From the human T2T-CHM13v2.0 reference genome, Homo sapiens: a DNA stretch of 64,000 bases. Made by a program: the position numbers and the translations under genes. Shown piece by piece: positions 14,071-27,110 of this stretch; within the stretch, counting starts at the first letter, position 1, and each line of letters begins with the position of its first letter. Location: the NCBI RefSeq assembly GCF_009914755.1, contig NC_060942.1; one strand, given 5' to 3'. The notes beneath the pieces are model-generated. The model saw only the letters and a program-made list of their open reading frames with translations. It was not told where the DNA came from and searched no databases.

Positions 14071-14509
14071 TGTATTAGTTTTCTGTGGCTGCCATAACAA
14101 ATTACCACAAACTACGTAGCTTAAGGCATAAATAGAGTCTCTCACACCTCTGGAGTCAAGAAGCCTGCAATCAAGATATAAGCAGGACTGCACGTCCTCT
14201 GGAGACACTAAGGAAGAATCCAGTTCTTGCATCTTCCAGCTTTGGGTGGCTATCTGCATTCCTTGGCTTGTGGCCACATCGCGCCCAGCTCAGCGTTCAT
14301 GTCACCTTCTCCTCTGTGTTTCTGTGTTCCCCTCTTGCCTCTCTCTTAGAATGACGCCTGTGATGGCATTAGGACCCACCTGAATAATTCAGCTAATATC
14401 ATCATCTCAAGACCTCAACTTAATTACCTATTTTGCCATATGAGGTATTCACAGGTTCTAGGGAGTAGGATGTGGACATATCTTTTTTGGAACCACCATT
14501 CAGCCTACT
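14071..14509 (-). mobile_element. MLT1C-like MaLR solo LTR
   Basis: tgtattagttttctgtggctgccataacaaattaccacaaac...caccattcagcctac. Confidence 0.85.
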
Positions 14510-14867
14510 TGAAAAAATATAGGTCCATCTGCTCTTGTAAAGGATTATCTCCCAGTGAGGTATTACAGTCCTGTTTCCTCAACTGCCTACATTGTTGGAA
14601 ACAAGTTCAGATCCTATCAAAACCCAGATTCACTTTTGAAGCTATTGGAGAAGTGGTCTCAAACTCCAATGTATTCAAATATCATTTAAAAGTTTATTTA
14701 AAGTTTTGATTGGTGAACTTTGTACCCAAAGATTCTAACTCCACAGTTGTCTGTTTGGCATTGCATTATAAGAAATACTCAGGTGATTTTGGTACTGAAG
14801 ATCACACCTTGTGGACAGTGCCCAAGAGAAAAAATGTAAGATAGATTCAGACAGAGATCTCTACAGA

Positions 14868-14875
14868 TGACGTCA
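14868..14875. promoter_or_regulatory. Full palindromic CRE motif TGACGTCA
   Basis: Exact motif with retained CpG; function not shown. Confidence 0.3.
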
Positions 14876-16705
14876 AGTCTTTTACTGTAAGATCAATAGT
14901 GCCCAGACATTCTAACTAACTCTTCAGGAAGTAAAGACTTGTATCCTGAGCAGAATCTGAAAAGGCTCCCATCTCTCAGATACCTGAAGCACTTTGTTTC
15001 TTTGGGGACACACTGACGGCTTATTTCATTTTTTCTAGAGTATAACCAATGAGAATGTATTCTTCTCAACTTTCTATGAGGCCTCTCTTAGGAACTTTCC
15101 TTTTTTCTTCTCCCATCAGGTTGCAAATCTCAGGTGCATTTACAGACCTACATGTAAGATGAAGGGCACAGCTTCTAAGAATTGTAAAGATAAATTTTGT
15201 GCTATTAGGTAAAGACAATATCATTTGTGTCATTCAGCCAAATACATTATTTTATTTGATTGTGTAAGTGGACACAGTATCAAGTGGTTTTTCAAGTGTC
15301 TGTCTTCAAGAATTTTACACTGGTACACTAATGCTCTGTGAAACATCATCCTAATAATTTTTCTTGGAATAACAACCTTTTCTCTCCATGCAGGTAAAAT
15401 GGGTGTATGATCTTGTCTAAGGTAAGGTACTTGCTTAACACCTTTAAAATTGTATTGTATGTCTATTTTCAAAAAGGAAATAAAGGAGCTTAAAAAATTA
15501 AAAACATATAAATGAGATAATCCGTTTTTGTATACATTTGTTTGCTTTTATAATTGCAGATAAATTAGGGATTAACTAGTTTGGAGAAATAACTCTTTAG
15601 GTTTATTAAATCCCCACAAAGATGTCAGAATTTCATTCAACCTAAAGATTGCTTTCCAAATTGTTACAGCCTGTTTTTCCAGCCCCTCCAGTGGTACCTC
15701 TGCTCATAGGCTCTAGTTCAGACAATGATGGAAAGTCCATAATAAACCACTAAAAAAATGGAATAACACACATATTTCAGTTGCTTCACAGAGCTCAGGT
15801 GAAGTTGTGCCTGCAGAGACACAGGTAGGTTCTCTATGCTGTAGAGTGAATAAATGTATACATAGGCTATTTTGGAAGTATTCCATAATGCAAATTCCTG
15901 TATGTCGATTTAAGTTTACATCCAGCTGGGTAAGCAGTTTACTAAATGGTGCTTGAAGAGATCTGATGGTGACTCTCCTCACTCCCCTGGCAAGGGCATG
16001 GAAGAGCATCCTCCATTTCCCTCCACTACCTCCCATCAAGAAGCAGTCTGCTTATTATATATGATGACCTATCTAAATTACTTCTCTTTCAAAATTCTAA
16101 ATCATCATTTTGATTTGATTTATTCTGGCCTACACATATGGCAAGAGGCACACAGAATTTACTTTGACACCATACATACCCTTCTAAGAATACTTTCATT
16201 CATTTACTTAGCAAATATTAGTTGAACACCTAGCATCTTTCAAGAATACAACTGCTTCATGATTTACCTTCAAATAAATTGAAAGCCAGAGAGTTTATTT
16301 TTTCTTGGCTATACATTTATGTATTTATATTTCTATTAATACATATGGATAGAAAAGATTAATTTCAAACTTAATGTTAGCTATCAAATGTATGGATGAA
16401 GTATAGTTCACAGAGTTCTTCAAAATGCTAGATATTAGCATCTTTAATTAAAAGTGTCTACCTTCACAATGGACGTTAAAAAATGAAAGTGTGCTTTTAT
16501 GGCCCTGTGGTTGAATTCATACCACAGTTTTTTGTATTTCACTCAAACAACTAACTTAGGAAATGTTACCATGTGTTAGTAGCACTATCTCAGCAATGAG
16601 GTAATGAAACAAATATTTAAATATTTAAATTTCAGCACAGAGATATAGATTGATATTTTTTCAGGCTGTAGCTAGTAGTTGTATTTGGTGATTAACTGCA
16701 CGCTT

Positions 16706-16747
16706 CCTCTCTCTCTCTGTTTCACACACACATAAACACACACACAT

Positions 16748-16788
<41 letters not shown>

Positions 16789-16800
16789 CATACATACATC
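16706..16800. repeat. Compound (CT)n/(CA)n microsatellite
   Basis: Interrupted CA runs at 16723-16786. Confidence 0.92.
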
Positions 16801-18619
16801 ATTTGCCTATTATTTTCCCACAGATAACCAGAGGACAGATATTTGCCGTCAAGATAGCTCAGGCTTTTGGAAGCTCAGCAAGGCAGTTTGCGTAATGCCT
16901 GTGATTCCATTTGTCACAGGAGCCTTTATGAGGGAACAGAAGATATAACTTTGCTTCATTTTTCATTTCCTGTTATCTCTCAGATTTTGGTCTTCAGCTG
17001 CTCTGTTTTCCTGTACCTCAACTGGAGCCGACGTTATCAGAGCACCACCTGCTACCACCGTTGCAGCTGAGGCTCTGTCAGCAGCTCCAGGAGGAGAGTG
17101 ATTCCTTCCAGAGGAGCTGAGAAGCTCCCTCTGGGCCAGAGCAAATCAAGTCCATGATGAGGTCTCCATATGCAGAGCAAAGTGGAAACACTCACTGATT
17201 AACTAAATAATTTTTACCAGAGAAACATTCTTAGATTTGTAAAGCACTTTCCATTTTATGGAGAACTTTCCCATCTATATTTCACTGGATTTTCAGAACA
17301 GCCTGTAAGACAACTGGGCTTGTACGATTATGCCCATTTGCACTTGAGTGGAGATCATGTTTTCCACATCCCCTGAATTTTGAAATGCCTAAGCTGGGGG
17401 GTGCAATTCAAGGATAAGTAATGGAGTCAGTGAGTCAGTGGTGAAGAAGTCAGGCCAAAGATGTGCAAGGAAAGGTAAATGGTTGCCATGAGGCAGGAAG
17501 AAAAGAACAGCGAACTGCTGTGATTTAGCTATAATATGACTCTCAGAATGGAGAAAGCTAAAGAACAGAAGAAAATAATTAAAAATGAGGGAAAGGAAGA
17601 CAAAGCACATTACTTAGGAATTGTTGGAGGCATGCATTACGAGGAAGGACAGGAAGTTGATGGCAGTGGACTGTCCCAGCCTATTCTTCTCTGATGCCAT
17701 TTCCTAGAGTTGGCTCCTCCAGGCTGGATCCTAACACATCTTTCATTGGCTTCTAGGTGCCATTCACTCTCCCCCTCCTCCTCTGGAAATTACTTTCCCC
17801 TTGGTCAGAGTTCTTTTGGTTGGAGATTCTCACTGCCTCAAGACTGTAAAAACAGAGTGAGAGGAGGTGGTATGGGGTCTTGCCTAGTCCCAGTCTTGAC
17901 AACCACATCTCTTCATCCTCCCATCACTGCTCCTCCCCAGAAACACAATCTTGCTCCCATATCTAGTGATAATTCTAACCTTGTTTTAAGGTTGCTATTC
18001 AATGATATGCCTCAGTCAGATCATTGGATCCCAGTCATTATTATATACCCATACCTCTGAATCCTTTAGGGCTGTGGCTCTGCATAATTCCCAACACTCC
18101 CAGGAGTAACCATGTGAACCTGTAGCCTAGGGATCTGGGATTCACTAACTACCAAGAAATGATGTCCTGGTGCTGGCTGCCTGCCTGCCAATCACCTCAT
18201 CCACCGAAACTTTACATGTCATCTGCTTGTCTTCTCCAACCTGGTGTTTCTCCAGCTTGTTGGGAGACCTTCCCATTTGTTTTAAATCTCTGTAAAATAG
18301 ATGTCTTGCTTGGATTATAACCCATTGCCCTATGTTTTTGATGATCTAATTTTACCTACTCTAGTGGAACCTGTACCAAAAATCATTACCAGCAATTATC
18401 TAACCTAAATGGGACCTGGGGATCTAAGTTTTGATCTTACTTCTAGTCTGCCCAGGCTCTTGGACTTAAGCTTCGTTATGTGATATGAAGATTAGAGACC
18501 ATCACCAGAGTGATTGGAAGAAAGTTAACATTTCAGAGAACATGTGCCACTAAATAGGTTAGACCACGAGCAAGAAACAAGTAAGACCTGAAAAAATTAC
18601 CCATTAAGAATCCATATTC

Positions 18620-18995
<376 letters not shown>

Positions 18996-19032
18996 TCACT
19001 GGGATATCCTTCCATGCCTACAGTTTCCAGAA

Positions 19033-19375
19033 GTCTCAGTCCATGTGGCTACTATAATAAAAACACTATAGACTGGGTGACTTATAAACAACAGAAATAT
19101 ATTACTCACAGTTCTGGGAATTCCAATGTCAAGGTGTCCTCCTGTGAGAGCTTGCTTCTTTGCTCATTTAGCTATCTTCTTGCTATGCCCTCATGGTGGA
19201 AGGGAGGGAGGAGCTCTCTGAAGTCTCTTTTATAAGGACACTAATCCCATTAATGAGGGCTCCACTCCCATGACCTAATCACCTCCCAAAGGCCCCACCT
19301 TCTAATAACATTGTATTGGGGGTTAGGATTTCAGATTGAATTTTGCACGGACATAAAAGCATTCAATCTATAGCA
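19033..19375 (-). mobile_element. MST/MLT1A-like MaLR solo LTR
   Basis: gactgggtgacttataaacaacagaaat...catgacctaatcacctcccaaaggccccacc. Confidence 0.85.
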
Positions 19376-19830
19376 GCAGACTTCTTCAAGCTGTTAACAT
19401 TTTGCTTCTTTGAAATGTATTGGTTGTATTATCACACATGCTCCCCTCCAGTTGTACATAATAAAACTTATGACTAATTGTAGTTTGATGCACTACTGAT
19501 ACTAAAGATATTTGACAACTTGCTATGGAAAGGGCCCAAAGGGAATAATTCTTTAATGAAGCATTTTGCAAGGTGCTGAAGGCTATGGAATGATGACAAA
19601 GGAGAGATTATATGCATGGGGTTGCACCCATGATAAGGCAAGAGGATGGAGAGAAAAAATATTTAGCACGGAGGGGCTATAATTGAACCTTCCACAGAAA
19701 TGACTATAACCATTAGAAGCTCCACTCTGTGATACCCTTTCACAAGACATCCTCGCTGAAACAGAAGGGCCTCTTGATTTCCAAAGTGTACTATTTATTC
19801 CCTCCAGTTGCTTCATTCAAAATAATTTCT

Positions 19831-20130
19831 GGCTGGGCGCAGTGGCTCACACCTGTAATCCCAAAACTTTGGAAGGTCAAGGCAGGTGGTCACCTAAGGT
19901 CAAGAGTTTGAGACCAACGTGTCCAATATGGTGAAACCTTGCTTCTACTAAAAATACAAAAATTTAGCTGGGTGTGGTGGCACATGCCTGTAGTCCCAGC
20001 TACTCAGGAGGCTGAGGCAGGAGAATCTCTTGAACCAGGGAGTTAGAGGTTGCAATGAGCTGAGATAGCACCACTGCACAGTCTGGGTGAAAGAGTGACA
20101 CTCCATCTTAAAAAAAAAAAAAGAAAAAAA
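19831..20130 (+). mobile_element. AluS (Sx-like)
   Basis: Full dimer with poly(A) tail. Confidence 0.95.
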
Positions 20131-20385
20131 GAATTTTTTCTTGGAACTTCTGATAAGTTTAGAACTGAACTCTAGTGACTTAGAGCAGTATTTTCCCAAG
20201 TGTGAAATGCTACAGATAATTTTAGGTGGTGCACGAGTTCGGCAAATAAAACTGAATCACACAGCGAGAAAGTTATTCCCTTTTCAATTCTCTTTTGATC
20301 CTTCTGATGACACCAAAGATAAATTCTCAGTCTGGAATTGTACATCTTTAACACCTCTCTAATGCTTGCTTTTCTTCTTTTTTAG

Positions 20386-20424
20386 CAAAGAAAGTACATG
20401 TTTGAAGCTCAGAGCCTTTGACAG
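20386..20424 (+). other. Candidate 39-nt internal exon
   Basis: Branch-like ctctaat, long polypyrimidine tract, tttag acceptor, CAG|gtaata donor. Confidence 0.25.
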
Positions 20425-20759
20425 GTAATATGTTTCCAGAAATTAATAATGTCTAGTTCTATTGTATGTATTTTCATACTTACTGTCCTTTAATGGAAAA
20501 TAATATTGGTCATATATTTGAGATAATGAAATTGAGATTTCTTTTAAAAATAAGTTTCTAAGTTAAAAGGAGTGAATATATTTAGGAAAAACATTTAATA
20601 GCTGATAGTACTGGTGTTATGTGACAACAGATACTGGAACAATGTTAATGGTGATATGCAAATGACTAGTAGTCAACATCAGCTTGGGTCATACTCCCAA
20701 CATCTTCACTGGGCTGCAGAATTCCTCTTTCTCGTAATCCCTTTCCTTTTTGCTATCCT

Positions 20760-20823
20760 TTTGCCCAACATAATATTTTAGTTGAAGTGCATTTGCCCAA
20801 CATAATATTTTAGTTGAAGTGCA
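20760..20823. repeat. Perfect 32-bp tandem duplication
   Basis: tttgcccaacataatattttagttgaagtgca x2, no mismatch. Confidence 0.97.
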
Positions 20824-22115
20824 CCTTGATTGACTGGACAGCAAGCATACAAACTTCTAGTGTTCATTCATTTCGTGGTGGCACTACAAGTCTCACTAAA
20901 AACTCAGATGTAGACAAGGGAATGAGAAATTTAGCGAAGGGAAAGCCAGCATCCTTTGCCATCGGCACGGGGGATGATAGAACAGGCATAAGGGAAAAAG
21001 CATGTCAACACACGATGGGATATATATGCCCCTTGTAGCCTCCCCACCACCCTGCCCCTTAATGTCTCCTATTGCACAGGGGGACAGAGGGAGGGGAGAG
21101 GGAAACCACAGACCATGTATTTGGGTAATTGCTTTCTCAAAATGAAATGGCATCTTCTTTTTATTTCCCTCACTCTCACCTAATTACACTAGCATATTAT
21201 ATTCCCCACACTGAAATCTGGGTGTATAAATCTTTGCAGGCACAGTGAGGCCTTGTTGGGTTTGGCTGTTGTTTCTGAATAGAGTATAAGGGGACATAAA
21301 ATGTAAGTGAATCAAGCCCTCAGCTAGCATTTAATTGATAAGAACTAAAGCTAATATTAGATAACAAATAAACGGTCTGTTGCACAGGCATTTAATTAAA
21401 CACCAAATTAATGCAGTAATGACCTACTGGAACTAACAGCCAGGAATGCTTTACTGCACTCCAGCATCTGGACGCTTTCACCTTCCAGTCCCCCTCCTCC
21501 TTCCCCCACCTCCACAGACAGATACATTATAAAGACATACATTCACTCACAGCCCATATCCTCATGTTTTCATGTGCCAACTCATCACATATAAGAATCT
21601 ACTTTGCCCAAGGAAGCTTGACTATTTAGTTTACTCTCTACCTCATCTTCCCCATCATATGTCCCAAATCTCAGCATTTGAGACTATTTGAAACCCTAGT
21701 CTTGTAACCCTTGGCTGATTACATGCTGCCTTGAAGATTAATTGCAGACAGTGTTTTAGTTAACGGTTTCAGGGAAGAGCATGCAAAATCATGAAGGGGA
21801 GTTGAGGAATCAATACGTGGCTTTGTCTGGACCTATCCAAGAGCTTTCAGTCATACAATAAAACACATAATAGGTACAGGAGATTAACTCCACTCAGGTT
21901 TACTCAACTCACCCTTGTTGGCTCATCTGGGCTGTAATCATACAAATCAACATTTTCATGTTGACTCATATCCACAAGTTAGAGGTAAGCACTGGAGATG
22001 TTTTTTGAACACATTTTGCATACAGAGACCACACACATCCATGTGCATGCTACATCCCTCTTATGGTCCATGAGACTTTGCAGTTCCCTGCTGGACATAT
22101 GAACAGACTCTTTTC

Positions 22116-22242
22116 TTTTTCTTTTTTTTTTTTTATTATACTTTAAGTTCTAGTGTACATGTGCACAACATGCAGGTTTGTTACATATGTATACATGTGC
22201 CATGTTGGTGTGCTGCACACATTAACTCATCATTTACGTTAG
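22116..22242 (-). mobile_element. Severely 5'-truncated L1PA (PA5-7-like) 3' end
   Basis: poly(T)-attatactttaagttctag...catttacgttag; 15-bp TSD gaacagac(t/c)cttttc at 22101-22115 and 22243-22257. Confidence 0.92.
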
Positions 22243-25200
22243 GAACAGACCCTTTTCAAGGATGTCCCCTAAGAGTTTCTGTTTTCCTACACTCCAGTGT
22301 GACTTCAGTGAAAAGAAAGTGCTCTCTCAGCACCAGCAGCCTTGCATCCATGCATCATTCCAATGCTGGGCTTTAAAAGTGAATGCAGGTGACTTTACTG
22401 GAACATTTCTACAGAATTCTTCAGCCCCATATGGCCTAATTCTACCTGCTCTGAGAGCTGAGAAAGCAAACTTGTACTGTGTGGCACGTGCTATGCACTT
22501 ACAAACGTGGAATCTCTATCTATAATCCCTGAGGTGAGGGATTCCTGTATCAAAGGAGGTTTCAATGAGTTTGGAGTATTTTTTTTTTCCCTAAACCAGC
22601 CCCCATCCCCTTCTCCAACATGATTATAAATCAAACTGGTTTTGACAAGCTGAGTTAAACCCCATTGACTCTAGAAGGACAGTATAGAAAAATCTATATT
22701 TATATCTATGTATCTAACATACACATGTATATTATATATTTTTTTAAAGGTTTTCATGTTAGGTTTTCTTTCCTGCAGTATTCTCCTATATACCTTACCA
22801 TACTCTACTCCTTTTACATCACAATATCTCTTCCAATCCCACCTTTACCCAATTCCCATATCCATCTCCTTTATGGGACCCTCATTATCTCATCCTTCCT
22901 CAGAACTCCCCATGTATCTCCTCATACGTACAGACCATTTCTGCCTCTGGAAGTTGTGAGTCTGAAAGTCAATAGCAACTTCAATGAACTCTTTTAAGGT
23001 TTTGTTTTCTTTTGTAAGGAAACTGAAAAAAAGTAAATCTCTAATGGTGAAGTTTCCTGAAAAATTCAAGGTGAATAGGGGAGATATTAGGGGCCTAGGA
23101 TAGAGCTTTCCTGCATCTTTTAATAACATCACACATGTTCCTCTTTCCATGTAAGGTCAAGCCTCTGTGGATGGGACAGACAGATTCAAGGGAATCTTGT
23201 CCTATAACTTTTGGTACCATTGGCTCCTGGGGTATATATGAAGTCTTCTGAGTGACCTAGAAATCATAGTAACAGCTCATATTTATTAGGACTTACCCTG
23301 TGTAGGACACTGTTTTAACTTTGTGAGAAATGTACTTTTTTTTAAAATCTATATAATGTTTCTGGATATTTACCCAACATCTTGCTTTCTCATTAATGCA
23401 TTAATCCTAAGATTTATCTTGCCATTAAATAGCTGACTAAAAGATTTCCCAAATTATTCTCCTCATGAGTTGTTGCATGCAATAGTCTTCTCACCCCTGT
23501 GAAATAAATTGGGCTGGTATAACTACCCCTTTTGAAATGAATCCATTAAACCCAGAGAAGTTGAAAAATCACACAGCAATTTAGGGCTGGAACTAGAGAA
23601 GAAATCTGACTTTCAGAGCAAGGTGTTTTTCGTGATACCATGTTGTCCCTTTTCTTTATAGGCTGCTATGCACAGTGTTGAAATAAACTACCTGGGAAAA
23701 GGCAACCATGTAATAAACTTTAAAAATAAAGAGGTATTAAATTGTCTCCTCTAATTTTTGTTCTTCAGTCATATGTTTTATCCCAGGATAGCAAATTGTT
23801 TACAAGCAATTACAGTAATTAACCATAAATACACCCCAGTGAGGCAAATATTATTATCCACTTTTTAACAGATGGGAAAGCAGAAGTAGAGAAAACTGGA
23901 ATGACCTGCACAAGGCCAAACAGTGTATCTGCTACAAAAAGAGAGAGAGGGCCTGGGACCTCAGAAACCCCAGCTTTATCCTCAGACTTCTAGATGGTCC
24001 ACAATCTTTAAAGAAGTTTTGACATTTAACAAAAAAAAACAAAAAAAATAAATAAAGGATGAAGGTGGTTTGTGACAATGCCAGGGAGAGAGATGGCAGA
24101 GGTAACAACGCCAAAAGGGAAACGGCTTGAAAGATGTAATGTGACATAGCCCAATGCCTCAGAGATAGCTGAGACAAGGTCCAGGTTCATGTTCGGGCTT
24201 CCTAGGTTTAGCAGCAATGTTTATAAATAGAATACATACAGCAGTCTCCTCTCAGAAATAAGGTGGTTAAGCTTTTTTTTCCTTTACATGTTCAGAATGA
24301 GTCTGAGCGCATAAAATGAAGATTACTGGAACTACGGAATAAAACAATGTGCTTGTGATGAAAATACAATTGCCCTTTCTGAAGGGCTTTGGGATTTGTG
24401 AGTCAAATGCAAAGTTGCATTAATATGAAGAAAATTACATCCATGGGAAAATGCTGAAAGACAAGAAGGCTAGCTTCTCATGCTGCATCTTTCTGCCCAT
24501 TATCACATTTGACAAACAGTTAGAATTCAAGCAGAAAGTGGATGGCCAAATGGAGTAAGACAGGAATGAAACAATGGCATTAAGAGTTAACAAAAATGCA
24601 TTTGAAATGAAAAGTTGGCAGACAAGGTTCATGTCACATTCCTGAAATCCAAAACAGTAAAGCCAAGACAAATACTTGTTTGATTTTTCTGTTGAAATAT
24701 TTAAGAGATTTTTTCTATCCTATTTGTCATCACTTATCAATGTAAGATGGATTCAGCCTGCAATAAAACAGAGGGGATTTGAACGCCTTCCTCAGACAGC
24801 TTTATGAAGTTGTATGTATAGGACAGAAAAGTATCCAGACACCAATTCCTGCAAAGAAGCAAGAAGTTATTTATGGCACTGGTTATTTCTAGGAAAACTT
24901 GTACAGACACCATATACCAACCACAAGAGAGTGGGAAAGAGAAAGAGGAGAGAGAGAGAGAGAGAATACAAGCTAGAGAGTACAGCACTTCATTGTCAAA
25001 GTTACTGATTTGCATACACCTCAGGGAGGCAGCTAGGCACCTCCGATTTTCTCAGAAGAGGCAAGAAGATATTGAGAAGGGTATGTACCTTCTTGGAGAA
25101 TTCTTCATGCAAAAATATTTTGGCCACATTAGAACAAGAATGGAATATCACTGCCTACAATGAGATGATGTTAGTTGGTTCCAATAGATTCTGAAAGTTT

Positions 25201-26749
25201 GCTGAGGGGAAAATAACTTTAAATGTTAGCTGAAATAAGCAATTCTAAGTCGTTTTTTATTGTGACTCTCACTCAGAATGCTAAAAAATTATGCTTCTAT
25301 TTCTATTTCAGTGATGCGGGTCTTTCCTCTCTGACTTCCACCATTCATGAGATATTTCTACATGAATCAGCTGATTTAGGAATAAAAAAGAAGAATAGAG
25401 AGACAGACAAGAGACTTAAGCTGTGTAGCCGATCACTAATTAAAAATAAACATTTCCACTCAATAATAAATCTTTAGATGTTAAATGAAAATGATCTCAA
25501 AGACCAAAATGTGAATAAGTAGGGCAAAGTAGGATGATTGGAATAATAGATGTTGACTGTCAGCTCTTTTATTTCTATTATTTTATTGACTTCTAAGTGT
25601 GGCTACTTAAATTCAGTAGTGTGAATTCCAGTTAAACAAGGCCACCAGCCTAAATGAAGGGGTGAATGAATGCACAAATGAATGCATTGCATGTAACTTA
25701 TACCAATGCTCTATTTGCATTAGCTAGTCAATTTAGGAAATGTGATACTTAAAACCTGAAGTTTTCTTATCCCTGTCTTAGACTGTTCAGTCATCCCTCT
25801 CACAGGTGACATGTCAGTTGGCACTTGGTGGTGTGCAGGTTGAGACATCATGCAATTCCATACAACATTCAGCAATGGTGTTTTGAGGCCAAAATGTCCC
25901 CACAGACTATTATCACTCACAAGTCTTGGTTTGGGCTGGTTTTGATTTTCACTTTATATTCTACCCACCAAATAACTTCTGGGTAAGAGGATTCATCTGC
26001 CATTCAAAACATTAGACGCTGGTCTGGATAGCATCATTTTTCTCACTTTGAATACAAGTGCTTGATGAGTAATAGTGTTGCTACCTTCCAACACACTGGA
26101 GAAGAATAGGCCCCTCTGGAAGCAATTAATAATCCTAGTGGTCAGTACGTGAGCTATAGTTCCTGTTCTCAGGCCTCTAATTCAACAATATGACCAAACA
26201 TACCTGTTCTGTAAAGTTTGCAATCCACTGCATGCTTAAAAGACAACAGCCCAGTGAAGGAGTATTTAATGACCTCCCCAGCTGATGAATCTCCAAATTT
26301 TCAACTTGACATTTAAGCAAAGTCACATTTGTACTCTGAAAATTTTTCCAGGTCCAGATTCTAGTTCATAGGTCAGTGAATCAGCTTTATTGGGTCTCAA
26401 GTCTCTCTTGTACTTTCCTGCTTCTCCAAACACTCTATAATCATTAGAATCACATAGTGACACCATATACTTTATGGACAATAAATGAAAGGAGCTATCT
26501 ATAGCAAGTTGCTAAACTATTTCTCTCAATCTCCCAATTTGACATCCAGAGGATTGAGGTGTTGTAGGACAGGTGCCACTGGCTAGATAATTATTAGAGT
26601 TTAATTAATTTATTTCTAAGCCAGCTGCCACATCCTCCTTCATTGGTCAGTATTTTAAATTTCCTTTAAATTCCTCCTGCCTTAAGCAGCAATAACAGGG
26701 ATTTAGGGAAATAAAAATTAATGTTTAATTAGGAAAGATATAGGATTTC

Positions 26750-27110
26750 TTTGTTCGTTTGTTTGTTTTCCTAATGGGAACACAAAACAAAAGCCCTTTG
26801 TATTTTTTTATGTTGTGACTAATTATCTTTCCATTTTTAAAATATAAGCATAGAGTGCTTCTAGAATTCTAGTTTCTTTTATAGTTTTAGCAGTCTCCCA
26901 CCTGGACAATATACTTCTCTGCCAATTTTGATGGAGAAAACATCAAGATGATCTTCGGTAATTAGCCAATGCATATGGATGATTTGAGAATATTACCACC
27001 TTTTCTCACATAGTAATAGTTCTTTCCAGGAAGTGTGATACTAGTCACAAGCCCTGATAGACTAGGTGGATGGACATTGCACCTAAGTGGATTCATGACT
27101 AACAGTGTCA
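26750..27110 (+). mobile_element. L3/CR1 ORF2 relic
   Basis: Degenerate similarity to L3, e.g. ctaagtggattcatgact; weak. Confidence 0.35.
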
